A stretch of DNA of 58,839 bases, counting the filler, from Porpidia crustulata (lineage: Eukaryota): NCBI GenBank assembly GCA_964255105.1. It is 9 parts of 9 records of this genome, joined end to end, with 100 filler letters (N's around TTAATTAATTAA, not from the genome) between each part and the next. Parts side by side here need not be neighbours in the genome. Positions count along the whole stretch, not along the records: positions 1 to 6,464 come from CAXUWE010001536.1; positions 6,565 to 13,023 come from CAXUWE010001537.1; 7 more parts are not named here. One strand, given 5' to 3'. How positions within the stretch are numbered: the first letter of the stretch is position 1; every line of letters begins with the position of its first letter. This document shows, piece after piece, positions 1-12,712 of the stretch. A program made the position numbers and the translations under genes. A model generated the notes under the pieces. The model saw only the letters and a list, made by a program, of their open reading frames with translations. It searched no databases and was not told the DNA's origin.

Positions 1-1731
1 GGGTGGAGGACCAGCTGGCTTCGCTGAGGATTCATTCTTGTTAGTTAGTCCGAGTTATTGGGTTCCGGTGGGATACAGTGGTGGGATTGAGGTTGGTCGT
101 AACGTTTTTGATGGGGAGATCCTTGGTTCTGAAGTCGTTCTTAGTATATGGATTGAGCAAAGATGAGATATATAAAGAATGAAAAATAAAAATGTCCATG
201 GCTTCACATGACAACAACTGGTAGCATCCGTTTTGACGACACTGTCCGGGAGTGACTCGGCATCACATCCGAATAAAATTAGACAAGAAGTGATTCCCAG
301 TTCTGGAATTGAGGATGATGCCACTCACGGCTGTGTCTTCCCAACATTGGACGATGGAACATTATTATAAATGGCTTTCTCTCCTCTCCGAACATTTGTA
401 CGATGAAGCGTCTTAGGATGCAGATACTTGGCGCTGCTGTCCTTCAAGGAAAACCGGCATAATCATATATAACCACGTCGACATGCATATACATATATGT
501 CTGAGCGTATCAACTGGCTCTCTCTGGCACATTGAGCAACAACATGAAAAACCGTCATCCCGGATTTGACTTTGACACCATGATTTCATCGGCCTGGCTT
601 CAGAGCAGAAGACTCTGCTTTCAAATAAACCCCTTTATTTTTGGCCTCATCTCTAAGATCCAGACAAGATGCTTCCTGGAGCAATGCTCGACGGAAATGG
701 CTCTCGAAAGAATTAACGATCATTGTCCCTGTACACTCATCCACAGCCGTGATCGAGCGCACCCGAGTTTGACCAGTTTAAATTGTAGATGCAAGCTTTT
801 GCCGTCATATCTTTCAATTATCGTAAAAGCAAAAGAGTAGTGGACCATGGCTCTACTACAGGGCGCCGTACCCAGTCATCCTTCAGCCACTATGCTCTGG
901 CAACCAGAATACAAGGAAAGACGGGCATTTTTCCACCTATCAAAAGACACACCAGCCAAAGTAAGCGGTCTGGGAAACTGACGACTAAATTGGCATGGGA
1001 GCTGGACAGAATGGGATCAGGTCTACTGTACTACTGGTAAGCGCCACCGTGAAAGTAAACATATTTTTGAATATCGGTCCCGTCCTAAGGCATCCGAATC
1101 CGACCTGGACGATGATCTTGGCTTCATGCTTCCATCATTGCCGATACGACAAGCTCATACTAGAAAGCCACGTCAATGCAGATGCAGATGTCATAGATAA
1201 GCTCCCCCAGCGCTCAGAGTTTTGTCATCTCCAAGTTTGGTTCTCGATGCGTTGGACTTTTTTAGCGGCACAATTCCAGTCGTAGCAAGATCGATTTGCC
1301 TTCCGTAGTCAATACTAAAAGGCAAAATCTCCCCAAGGCCATATTTGCCGGGTTATCCGGCATATTCCACATCTCATCGTTTTCTGCGTGTCGTTTTACA
1401 TTCGACAAACGTTATGGTCCATATGTCAGAGATTGCTCAAGAATGATTAGACCTCGCCAGCTTTCAAACCTGGTCACTGGATATATTGAAACACATGACC
1501 GCTGCCCTGTTTCTTTTTCTTTGGAACAATCAGGTGCACATCTATGCGGGTGGCGGGGCGCCAAAGGCTAGAGGACGTATCAAAGCCCTTCATTATTTCC
1601 AGACCTAAATTAAGACCTATATTTAGGACCTAGATCAGCGATCGTGGTTTTTCGGAGCCTGTCGCACTTTCAGTTCTTGAAACCAAGACAGTGAAAATCT
1701 TTGACGAGCGTAGCTCACCCAGCAAGCCTTA

Positions 1732-2301
1732 ATGACCGCTACGCCCTCTACACCCAGCTCTATGTCTCACGCCACCAGAAGTACAGGTAGTGAGGGAGGG
1801 GCGGCACGTCGCCGGGCGATCGTAATGCAGCGAAGCCAGGATGAGATTTATCGCAATGAGGTACAGTGCTTTGAGGTCAATGTCCGAGAAATCTGACCGA
1901 AGCTTATCTGATATCGAGCAGTACGGAGCAGGTCTTGTGGGTATTGACGAAGAGGACGCCAATTTACCCCACCTCATCATGGAGGTTAATGGTACGAACG
2001 TGAGCATCCCGATCAGGGCTCCCCTCTTTCTCAGGACTCAGAGAAAGCATCCTCCGATATCGACCATATTGAAGCTACCAGTCAAGTCCAGATCCAGGCA
2101 AATGAAGCAGTCCCCGTGCGTCTCAGTGCTGCGAATCCCGCGAACATAGTTCAAGCAGGTATAGGAGCTCTTAGAGTTAATGATCCTATCCAGACTCGTA
2201 ATGTAGGCAGCTTCACTTCGGAGAGCCCAGCAACAGAGGAGAAGAACAATGTGAAAGAGAAGAAGGCATTCCTCGAAAACCTTGGCCTGAGAAAGAAATA
2301 A
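1732..2301 (+). CDS. Possible small spliced hypothetical protein
   Basis: ATG at 1732 (MTATPSTPSS...). Removing GT-AG introns at about 1861-1921 and 1985-2034 joins the frames of ORFs 1841..2149 and 2116..2301, ending ...LENLGLRKK*. No recognisable domain. Confidence 0.3.
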
Positions 2302-3748
2302 GCGTCGGGCATTTCCCCCGATTATCAACATGGCCATTTCGAGGTTTCTTCGTACATATATTTAGTCGTTCGGTGTCAAGCGTGTTTTGTGAAACAATTC
2401 CCGCATATATCAACTGCGACTTTGGACCTTGACCAATGACATCTGTCAATCTTTTTATACGTCTCTCGGTTGATAGTGATTGGTAATCTGACTGTTGGTG
2501 AACACTACGAAGAAGAAAATCTCATAAAGTCCTAGAAATGATGCGTGAAAATCCTAATCGATGCTTCGTTCTACTGCATCTGTTGATGAGATCGGTAATT
2601 GCTCCGCACGGGTCATTATCTGCGGAAGGGGTACAGCTCGAGATGATAAGTGACGGCTTTCCGATTTCCAAGCAACAGGGACGAGAAACAGCGTATCGTC
2701 AAGGAATCAAGAGGCGGGAGGATCAGAAGCAGCTATAGTATCGAGGCCGGAGTAGTTGTTTCCATCGTGATAAATCACGTGTCCTTTTCATATCCCGAAT
2801 TATTGCTGCGTGGAAATTGACCGATTGCGCCTATCGACAAAATCCCCAGTAGAAGATTTCAGAGAGAATCGCAATCAAGATCAACCTGGTGTCTTCAGGG
2901 ACGTCCGACAGCCAGCTGGCTCCTCTAGCCTCGTTACACGTCTGAAAGAATGCCAAGACTAGATCCAAACTTGAGGACGGAGAAGGCCCCGGACTTGTAG
3001 AGATAAAAATGCGCGTTTGTAGCTATCAATTTGGATGTTTGCGTAATCATGAGACCTTTTCTCGTGCCGTATCGTGCTTCGTCGTGCCGTTTGCCTTTCC
3101 TGTTTGCATCTTCTCATGTATCAATTCGATGGAGAAAGGCAGTCGATCAAATGACGAGGAATCGGTAGGAATGATGGCCGATTGAGCGGACATAGAAGTA
3201 ACTTGAGCTCACTGATTTGAATAATATATACTTGGAGTGGTATATCAACCTTTTACGCCAAAAGATTTCCTCGCCGCTCCACTGTTCAACACGCTTTGCG
3301 ACATCGTCGATAAAAGCCCCAGCATGGACGATGCGCTCCATGAACCCGGAAAATGTTTTCGTGGTCAATAAGACGTGTCCAACTTCTACTTCGAGCTAGG
3401 AGATTTTCGGATCAGTATGACTTAGAACCTGCAGCCTATAAGAAGATTTTCGAAAGTCGTGAACCGAGGAAGCGATCCAAAAGAGATAAGAACTGGCAAT
3501 AGTTGAAGCAAGGAATTGATAGTGATGATAGCGAGTGGCTAGGAAATAGATAGCAAACTAGTTAAAGAAAGCACAGCAAGAACAAAATGAGCGAAGTAGC
3601 AAATTTTAGAATGATTACAACAAGCGGGATTTTCAATAGAAAGGACATTCGTCACATACCTTCTATACCAAAATTACACCCTGCACGATACGATCTATTC
3701 CACAAAATCCTTGCTCTCAATATGATGCATCAAAGCCTCATGATATCA

Positions 3749-5341
3749 TCACTTATTCTTCTTGTTCCTCAACCAAGCCGCCACCTGCTGGTGATTCGTC
3801 ACAAAAAACATCCTTTTCGGCTCGCTCTTCCAAACTAATACCCCAATCTCCTCCGCATATTTGCAAGGCCCCTCAAATTCCTGCAGCGACCCAAATTCCT
3901 TGAACAGAAAGCCTGTGGTTGCTTTCATTCTCTCGCCTTCAATTTGCCACAGACGAATCTGGTCGACGACAGTGGGGGGAAGGATCATGGTAGGAGATTT
4001 CTTAAGCATCTGAGGGTGCGCGTGTGTAGAGAGGAAAGATATGATTTGTTGAGACGTTATGCCCATGCTTACGGCTTTACGAATTGACTCGCGGGTGATC
4101 TTACCCGCAATCATATTCGGGTAACGCGTGGAAAGGCGGGCAAAGAGTTGAAGGATGGCGATTTGGAGTTGGCTGGACGTGTAGGCATAGATCCTATAGT
4201 TTGTCTCGATAACTATGAAGCCTTTGCTACCGTCACCAGAGGTAGATGAGAGTGAGCTGGAAGACGAGAAGTCGGCGAGAGTGCTGCTTCGGAGAGCGCC
4301 GGCATCGGAAGTTAGGGTTGTAGCGAGACGAGTAGGGTAGAAAGAAGATGATGTGGGAGTTGGTTGAAGTATGATGCCAAAATCGCCGAGATCGAGGAGC
4401 ATTTGAGTTTGGGTGGGGGTGAGGGTTGCTTTTGAGTAGGGTTGGCCAAGTTCAAGCGAGCCTAGCATAAAAAGGAAGGAAAGGACGTCGACAGAGTCCA
4501 TGCCTAGCTAAGAAGATGTTGTTTTAATTCACGGAGGCTAAGTGCATATAAAGAGATGCAAGAATGGAAGGTGGTTGGAATTACCTGTTCGGCATTCTCA
4601 AGGTAAAGAATCAGTATTGTCCACACCTGGGCGTTGACTTCTTGTAAGATGAAGGCAAAACCATCTTGGGTGATCTCCACGTGCCGACCTCTGGCCTCAA
4701 CGAGTCCACCCAATTGCAGTAATGTTTTAACACCTTGGCTGAGCCTGACTCCTTCATCACTTAGACTTACGCCTGTACTTCCCACCATGTAGCCAAGAAC
4801 CCCTTCCCACTGCTTACGTGCAAATTCGTCCAGCTGTGCTATTGTAATAATCTCTTCACCTTGAGTGTGCGAAGAGACTCCGAACGATTTATGGTCTCCA
4901 CCTCCGGTCAAAGCTAAGCGTAATGATGCAGCAAAAGGTTTAGTCAAGCTGTAAGCTCGAGGCTTCCCAGGATCCACGACAGTGCTAAGGATATTTAGGC
5001 GTGTAAGGACATCTATAGCGTAGTCTCGTTCACTTATGAAGCATTAGATCCATCTGCCCTCTATCTGTCCTTGCATACCGTTTACTATCAGGCCGTACCC
5101 ATGACTCCAGGTCTTTTGCCGGTAATGGATAACTAATGTACAATAAAGCCATTACAAAGGTTTTCGCTGTATGGTTCAGCGAACTTGTGAGGCTCACTCA
5201 TCAACCTTGCAACGTACCCAAGTAAGGCAACATGCGCCTGAAAATAGCAAGAGCAGTTGAAGGCTGCTTATACAGCCGATTGAAGACCGTACCTGGAAGT
5301 TTTTCCAGGTACTCGAAAGAACGAAGAGAAGAAACCGACAT
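3749..5341 (-). CDS. TFB2: TFIIH core subunit Tfb2/p52
   Basis: Spliced product begins MSVSSLRSFEYLEKLPGTVFNRLYKQPSTALAIFRRML. It contains ITQDGFAFILQ, GFIVIETNYRIYAYT and PPTVVDQIRLWQIEGER, all typical of Tfb2. Three GT-AG introns. Confidence 0.96.
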
Positions 5342-5576
5342 CGTATCAGTATCCGGTCAAATTTCTCCTCGATAATGTTAATTTTATCTGTCTATCATAC
5401 CGTGGATGTACAAACCTAAGACTAAGAGCTCATCGAAGTAATCCATAAGCGCTCGCTAATCGAGATACAAACGCGCTACCCGCCAACGCCATCCTGCTCC
5501 AATTGTTTATGAATTTGACTTTCACCGTCGACATTTAAAGCCTGCAGCTGGTAGGTCTGGATCTTCAAGGCTAGCA

Positions 5577-6464
5577 ATGGCGGCTTCAAAGTTCGTTCAG
5601 TCGGTATGGTATTGGTGCATAAGATTGAGCACGGCTAAGATTTCTTAGGTATGGGAGTCTATCCGGGCCAACTCTGGGCTGGAGGCCAGGTAGTGATTTA
5701 CATATCGGGTCAGCTAGGAAATTCTGCTGATAGCTGTGGCATCTCAGACTACTAGATAGTGTATGAACTGTTACTAGGTCTCAATATGTTTCAGATTCTT
5801 TGCCTTTTCTGCTAGAAGCGATGGACATATTTTCCCCTCCTCTTGCCCCTCGTATGAAGTTTTGATTTCGGACATATTCCTTTACTATATTTCCGATCTC
5901 CACTATCATCGAACTTGTTATTCATGCACTGGAGAAACTAAGTCGCCCTCAGCTTCGCGTCACAGCCGCTCGTCCCGGAACCGTCAACTTCGAACTCGAT
6001 ATCGAGAAACACCACACAGTATGCCCACCCTCAGTACCATCGCGACCAACATCTCCAAACAAGCAAATTATATTCCTGACCACCCCCAATCAAACCAGAA
6101 CCGTCTCGGCATCCTCCATGGCGCTACAATCGCAGCTATGGGTAGGTTCCCTCGTTCACCTCACAATCGTCCACCCAACACATAAACCTCTGATGCATCC
6201 CACCCAGTCGACCTCGGGGGATCTCTCGCCGTGGCTTCGAAAGGCTTATTTGCCACTGGCGTCTCAACCGATCTAAACGGTAAACCATCATACTTGAGAT
6301 CCGACGACGACTAAAACAAGGGGCTGACGCCAGCCAGTAACATACCTCAACTCCGGCGGTGAGACAGGAGACACCATATGGGCCGTAAGTTCTGCCCACA
6401 GCACGGTCCATAAAATTCACTGACGAGTCAACGGCGCTCAAAAGGAAGCAACCTGCGATAAATG
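5577..6464 (+). CDS. PaaI/ACOT13-type hot-dog acyl-CoA thioesterase, 3'-truncated by contig end
   Basis: Not in the ORF track because the exons are tiny. Manual splicing of 7 exons gives MAASKFVQSVWESIRANSGLEARLLDSLRVTAARPGTVNFELDIEKHHTNRLGILHGATIAAMVDLGGSLAVASKGLFATGVSTDLNVTYLNSGG, with the NxxGxLHG...D hot-dog motif. Confidence 0.9.
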
Positions 6465-6564
6465 NNNNNNNNNNNNNNNNNNNNNNNNNNNNNNNNNNNN
6501 NNNNNNNNTTAATTAATTAANNNNNNNNNNNNNNNNNNNNNNNNNNNNNNNNNNNNNNNNNNNN
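6465..6564. other. Artificial contig spacer
   Basis: N44-TTAATTAATTAA-N44; gives stops in all six frames. Confidence 0.99.
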
Positions 6565-7252
6565 GTCGTGTTATGGGGGGCTGTGGAGGATGAGAGAAGG
6601 CGTTGGGTTGAGGCCTGAAGACGGGGGAGATGGTGGTGACGCCTAGGGTTGTCAAATTCTCGTCGTCGTCTTCAACACCTTCATTTGAGGCTACTTCGTC
6701 CGAGGCAGAAGATGGCGCAGCCGGTGGGCTCGAGAAGTGGGGATCGAGGCCCTCGTTGGAGCTATTCATTATACGGTCGGATTCGCTTTCGCTCTCTTCG
6801 TATTCTTCCTGACTACTGCCCGTTGTGCTAAGTGATCGAGGCGGCCCAACATACGGCGAAGAGACACTTCTGGTCAGACGTCTTCGTCGGCGAGCGTTGG
6901 CTTGTACCCTCAGGCCCGTTGTCACGACATCGTCGGTCGCAGCTGAAGACAGCGAAGACGAAGAAGGCTGCGAGGACACTTCGATCCAGGATTCTGTATA
7001 ATAATCGAATGAGTATATTGTATTCATTTTGTGGCTGTCGACTACTCCGCTTTCTTCATGCAACATTGCTGGAAGAGGAATGCAGAAGAGAATCGAGATC
7101 TTTGCTCCGAGCATCTACATACCGTCTGACCTCAATCTCCTGACCCCAGAAGGCGACGGTATAATCATGGAGGCATCATGGACTCGATGGGCAGCACGAG
7201 TCTCGAGATCTTCCGTCGCCTGAGCCATTTTGTCAAGATTCGTCGGAGGCAT
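6565..7252 (-). CDS. Uncharacterised Ser/acidic-rich fungal protein, N-terminal part (3'-truncated)
   Basis: ATG at 7252 (MPPTNLDKMAQ...). Intron 6994-7122 (GTATGT...CAG) joins in frame to ESWIEVSSQPSSSSLSS...SSQEEYEESESESDR...FRPQPNAFSHP. Confidence 0.75.
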
Positions 7253-8200
7253 CCTGTTTGCTGTATGAAAGCTGGCTGATGCCTAGTGACTCGCAGCAAG
7301 TTGCACTTGATCACTGTATGAACAAAAACGACAGAATTCCTAACTGAGGTGTGGTAGGTCGAGGGCGGTGTAGTGTGGACAGTCTGTCGCCTTGAGCGTC
7401 AATCATACAGCGCTCTTTGTCCGGGTTGAGACGTCTTCGTCATGTGCATAAAAGCTTGCTCATGGATAGTGTATTACCACCAAAAAGCAGTGGCTATCAC
7501 AGTGATTCATGAAGCAGCAGTACAACGAGCGACCATGCTGATGGTTCGAATGATCACAGAGAATAGACTTGGTTTGAATGGTGTGCAAGACCCTGAAATG
7601 GCCTAATCGGTCATTGGACACACGTGGGGCTGACCATGGCGGGTGACATCTAAGCTAAACTATTCTGGGGTACTCGTAACTCGAACACGATCAATCGATA
7701 AGGGCGCCGCGCCCTAACCACGCTGATGCTAAATTTGCGATTGGATGTGTACTTGGAAGAGTCAAGTATCACCCAGAGACAGGATGTATCATTTATCGTT
7801 GCATGTCTGTATAGGAGATCTCAGCACTGGCTATGTAAAATGCGAATCGATGAAGCATCGGAAGTCACATGATAGCGTAGGCATTCAAAGGAAGGTAACC
7901 ATGGCATCCCCCTTGGAGGCACAGGAGCATGAGATACAAAGATACCTTTATTAAGTTGTAGCCTATCCTACAAGCATCTCGGATTATGTAAAAGCCAACC
8001 AATCTATTCTCCGATGCACTGTGCCCTCGTCATGTACCGAGCAGTCGGATAGCACTAAGGAAATCGAATACAAGAACTTTTGGTGGACCAAGGAAATGTC
8101 GTTACGAAGGTGGTCTGCCATCCGTTGAAAGGAGAGCCCCACGTTGAATTCCTGCCTGATGTCGCGACGCTTGGGAGCAAGGAGTGCATTCGGAGTTGCC

Positions 8201-9868
8201 TCAAAATGTCATCTTCTTACCCTGAAAATCTCCGAAACCGCCGCGGTTGGTTGACCCGCCACGGCCACCACGACCTCCTCGATCACCACGTCCACCTCCA
8301 CGTCCACCACGGTCAAACCCGCCACGGCCGCGACCACCGCCGCGTCCTCCACGATCAAAGCCTCCCCGACCTCCTCCTCGACCCCCACGACCACCACGGG
8401 GTGAATCATCAGTGTTTGTGCGAGGGGTAGAGAAGTCGAGACGGATCGGGCGGCCACAGATCTGCGCACCACTCATTCCTTCCATAGCCTCCGTAGCTCC
8501 CTCGATGGAAGAAAACTGTACGTAGCCGAAGCCTTTGGGATTACCCGAGTCCTGGTCAGTGGGCAAGCGAACGCCAATGACATCGCCATGTTTCCCGAAC
8601 TCTTCTCCAATGATGTCTTCGGTAGCCTCGAATGAGATGTTTGCAACAAATAGTGTGTCACTTGGGGGACTCTTCTGATCTCCGTACTGCTTCCCTCGAT
8701 CTGGCTTGTCGCCTCTGGGAGTGGAGAAATCGACATTGAGCGCACGGTTGTCGAGGAGAGTTCCGTGCATGGCTTTTTGTGCTTTAATTCCGTCTTCAGG
8801 ATTGGTAAATTCTACGTAGCCGAATCTGTGGTATTTTTAGCATATTTTAGTAAAATCATACTGAATCTACCTACCCTTTGGAACGACCGGTATCTTTATC
8901 GGTGATTATTCGGACACCAGACAATTCTCCGAAAGATTCAAATTCTCTCGTAAGCCAATCTTCGTCGACATTCCATGAAAGACTGCCGACGAAAAGATTA
9001 GCCTTGGAAGCATCACCACCACTCGTATCCGTCTTGGCTTTCTTCGCAACAGGCGTAGCCTCAACTTCCGCTTTGCGTTTCTTGGGAGCAGGAGTCTCTT
9101 TTGTGCTGTCATCTTCGGACGAATCCTCTTCTGAACCCGAACCCGAATCAGACCCAGAAGAACCATCACTTCCAGACTCCTCATCAGATGATGCCTAGAC
9201 AGGATCATTAGGCAGATGATTTGAAGGGCTAACAATGGTGGAACGTACATTCTCCGACTTGATCTTCTCCAATGCACCGTTCAGAGCCTTGTGGTCGATA
9301 GCACCAGCAACCGCTGGGATATCATCAGCGCTCTCATCTTCACTAGAGTCCTCCTCGCTGCCGTCCTCACTGTCTTCTTCGCTATCGCCCTCGCTGCCAT
9401 CTTCACTATCAGAATTTTCCTTTTCGACTATGTCTATCTTCGCTGCCTGAACAGGAGCTGACTTCGGAGCCGGGGCGTCATCTTCGTCATCAGACGAGGA
9501 AGAAGATTCAGAACTATCATTTTCAGCGGCAGCAGCTGGCTTGGCAGCACCGTTCGTTTTAACTCCATTGGTCTTGCCAATGGGCTTCTCGTCATCGCTA
9601 CTTGCAGAGCTGGCGCTCGACACTTCCTCATCACTTGCACTCTCATCGCTGCTTGGCTCAGGTGTCGGTTCTTTTTTGACCTTCTTGGACTTCTTGTCTT
9701 CCTTTCCTGCCTTGACAGAAACCTCCTTAGCCATTTCCTGGGACTTTGACTTAGAAATCTGCAAAGTATTAGCAATGCGTTAGCCTGTACCGAAGAAATC
9801 GCTCTGACCTTTACGTCCTGGTCGGACTTGACACCCTTGGCAGACTGAGCACTCTTGGTCTTGGCCAT
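8201..9868 (-). CDS. NSR1: Nucleolin-like protein Nsr1/Gar2
   Basis: Lys-rich and acidic/Ser-rich N-terminus, two RRMs (RNP1 KGFGYVQF), C-terminal RGG/GAR domain ending GKKMTF. Three coding-region introns. Confidence 0.95.
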
Positions 9869-10466
9869 TGTTGCGATGTTACTTTCCTGCGTCAGGATAA
9901 ATCAAGTCAGAAGGTGTGTGCTGCTATGGGGAAGCATATGCTAGGAACATCTAGCAAACACGTACCCTCTGTAACTGTTCTAAGTTGTAATGTTGCAGTT
10001 TCTATTGCTTCAGTAATCAATCTCGAAAACTCAAGTATTGAATTTTCTGTGTGCGGCAAACCCTCAGATTGTCTGATAAAGCCCACTAGCGTCTAAAGCC
10101 GACAAGCCCGCAGTAAAATCTCTCAGAACGGAAGCGCTGGAGCGCAACTGTTGAAGTATCTCACAGTAAGTCACGCTCAAGAGCCCTCGGAAATCAATAT
10201 CTGCCCTCTGAAGTAGCTTGCGAAAAAGGCCCTCAAGAAGGAGCTGTTGTCCTACCCACAGATAAGCTCTCAAATCACAGATTGGACGACCACAGATTAT
10301 TTTGGACGAGCCCACAGAAGAAGACCCACGAAGGTGTACGGGTATCAAAGATATTGGTGTTGTAGATAGTCAAAGCATACAATTGAGTGTATATGTGTTG
10401 ACCGCGGTTATTGGTGAGGAGAGAAATCCAAATGTGGGCGGGGCTGTTGGGCTTTTTGAGCTTCGA

Positions 10467-10475
10467 GAAAAATTT
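10467..10475. promoter_or_regulatory. RRPE-like element (GAAAAATTT) upstream of NSR1
   Basis: Matches the core of the fungal rRNA-processing element and lies just upstream of the inferred first exon of a ribosome-biogenesis gene. Short motif, could be chance. Confidence 0.45.
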
Positions 10476-10640
10476 CCTTGACCGCTTTCCGGCCATCTCG
10501 CTAAAACCATATTCGTATTAGCCTACAATACTAGCGTTCACTTCGAAGCTTGGACCATGAAAGATCGGATGTTGACTTGATTTCCAATTAGGTGGTCTTG
10601 ATGCGTTTTCCATGACCAAGATCAGACCGCTGGAACGGAG

Positions 10641-12495
10641 ATGTCTTCTATACATAAGCCAAGGAGAAAGGCCAACGGGCCAAGTACATCGGCGGTTACA
10701 AGCCGCAATGAAGTGCGAACAGTATCAGACCTATCACCGGCCTTTCCACTTGAATCCTTCCTGTGGCCTGCAAGATCTTCGACTTCGCAATGGATCCTAC
10801 TCCCTTTGATTCTCATGTCTGTGGGTTTATTTCGATGGGCTACAGGGTTCTGGGGATATTCTGGCTTCCAGAAACCTCCAATGCATGGAGACTTCGAAGC
10901 GCAAAGGCACTGGATGGAAATTGCAATCCATTTACCAATTTCGCAATGGTACTTTTATGATCTTCAGTATTGGGGATTGGACTACCCACCTTTAACGGCA
11001 TACCATAGCTGGATTCTGGGAACGCTGTGAGGACATCCATCTGAATAATCATAGATATGGCCGTCCGTTGCTGACAGAAATCTCCAGTGGAGCCATCATC
11101 AATCCAGCGTGGTTCTCATTATACTCCTCTCGAGGCTTTGAGGACCAACTGCTCAAGGTCTATATGCGGGCCACAGTCCTAGTCTCGGAGTATTTCGTAT
11201 ATGTCCCTGCTGCCATCATCCTCATTCGCAACCTGTCCCGACTCCGAGGTGTCAACAAATGGAAAAGCTCCGTTGCGCTAGTAGCGATACTCATGCAACC
11301 ATCCACGATCCTCATCGACCACGCACATTTCCAATACAATACCGTCATGCTAGGATTCGTGCTTGCCAGCATGTCTAGTATGCTCGCAGGTCGATCTTTA
11401 TGGGGCTGCGTCTTCTTCGTCGCAGCCTTGTGCTTCAAGCAGATGGCACTGTACTATGCCCCTGCTATGTTTGCATACCTTTTGGGGTCGTGTCTAGATC
11501 CACGCCTCGATCTTCGTCGCTTTATCGCCATCAGTGGTGTCACAGCCATCTCCTTCGCAGCCATGTTCGCCCCTTTGCTCCTGGTCGCATTATACGATCA
11601 GTATCGCGGCATATCGCCTACCCCTGACCTTAAAGGAACCCCTTCATCTCCGCTTCTAGCTTTACTCCCGGTCGCCCTCAAAACCGAAGCGTCCTACTAC
11701 CCCCTTCTCCTCCAATTCACTCAGTCGATCCACCGCATCTTCCCTTTTGCCCGCGGCCTTTTCGAAGACAAAGTTGCCAACGCCTGGTGTGTCATCCATA
11801 CCTTCCACAAGCTAAATCGCTACTCCATACCATCTCTCCAGCGTGCTTCGCTCATAGCAACATTTGTCTCCATTCTCCCCACCTTGATCACAATCTCCTA
11901 CTTCCCGCGCAGGGAATTACTCCCATGGGCAATGGCGAGTACAGCGTGGGGCTTCTATCTTTGCAGCTTTCAGGTGCATGAGAAAAGCGTATTACTACCT
12001 CTCCTTCCAATGACCATCCTGCTGGGTGGCGAGGGAGGTCTAGGAACAGAGACCAGGGCTTGGATTGGGTGGGCGAATATGCTAGGATGTTGGACATTAT
12101 TTCCACTATTGAAAAGAGATGAGTTAAGGGTGCCCTACTTCGTCCTCGCACTACTCTGGGCTTACTTGTTGGGCCTACCGCCAACGTCCTTGTCGCTTTA
12201 CTTTGGCCCTCAGTCGAAAAAGGGTGGCCTTTCAGTGTGGGCCAAGATTCTGCACCTAGGCTTTTATGCCGCGATGATAGGATGGCATTTCCTGGAGGCC
12301 TTTGTCGAAACACCAAAGGGCAAGCCGGATCTTTGGGTTGTGCTCAATTGTATCATTGGCGCTGCAGGATTTGTGGTCTGCCTCTTTTGGTGCTCATGGC
12401 AATTGATTCTGAGAACGGGAGTTATGGATGAGTATCTAGGATTCAGGACGCGGTATGAGAACGAACAAAAGAATGCCAGGAAGAAGAAGCAATGA
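10641..12495 (+). CDS. ALG6: Dol-P-Glc:Man9GlcNAc2-PP-Dol alpha-1,3-glucosyltransferase
   Basis: PPMHGDFEAQRHWMEI, YWGLDYPPLTAYHSW, IDHAHFQYN, RIFPFARGLFEDKVAN, SFQVHEKS; multi-pass membrane protein with C-terminal KKKQ ER signal. One intron at about 11027-11087. Confidence 0.97.
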
Positions 12496-12712
12496 TGGGT
12501 ACTCGGAGGTGGGGTTCTGATTAGATACCATGTACATCTATCCAAAAGTCTCTTGTACAATGTATATACAATATCGGCCAGAGTGGTGTCTCCCTTGTGG
12601 CACATGCAACCCTGTATGCAACAATAACGCCAACCCAATGCATCTAATCCGCCTTTATCTCCAAACACCTCCTATTCCCTCTACATCTCTCTCCCCAATC
12701 CAACAACCCGCA

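Noticed and set aside
8247..8525. Pro/Arg-rich ORF (PPRPPRPP...)
   Set aside because: Antisense shadow of the NSR1 RGG domain.
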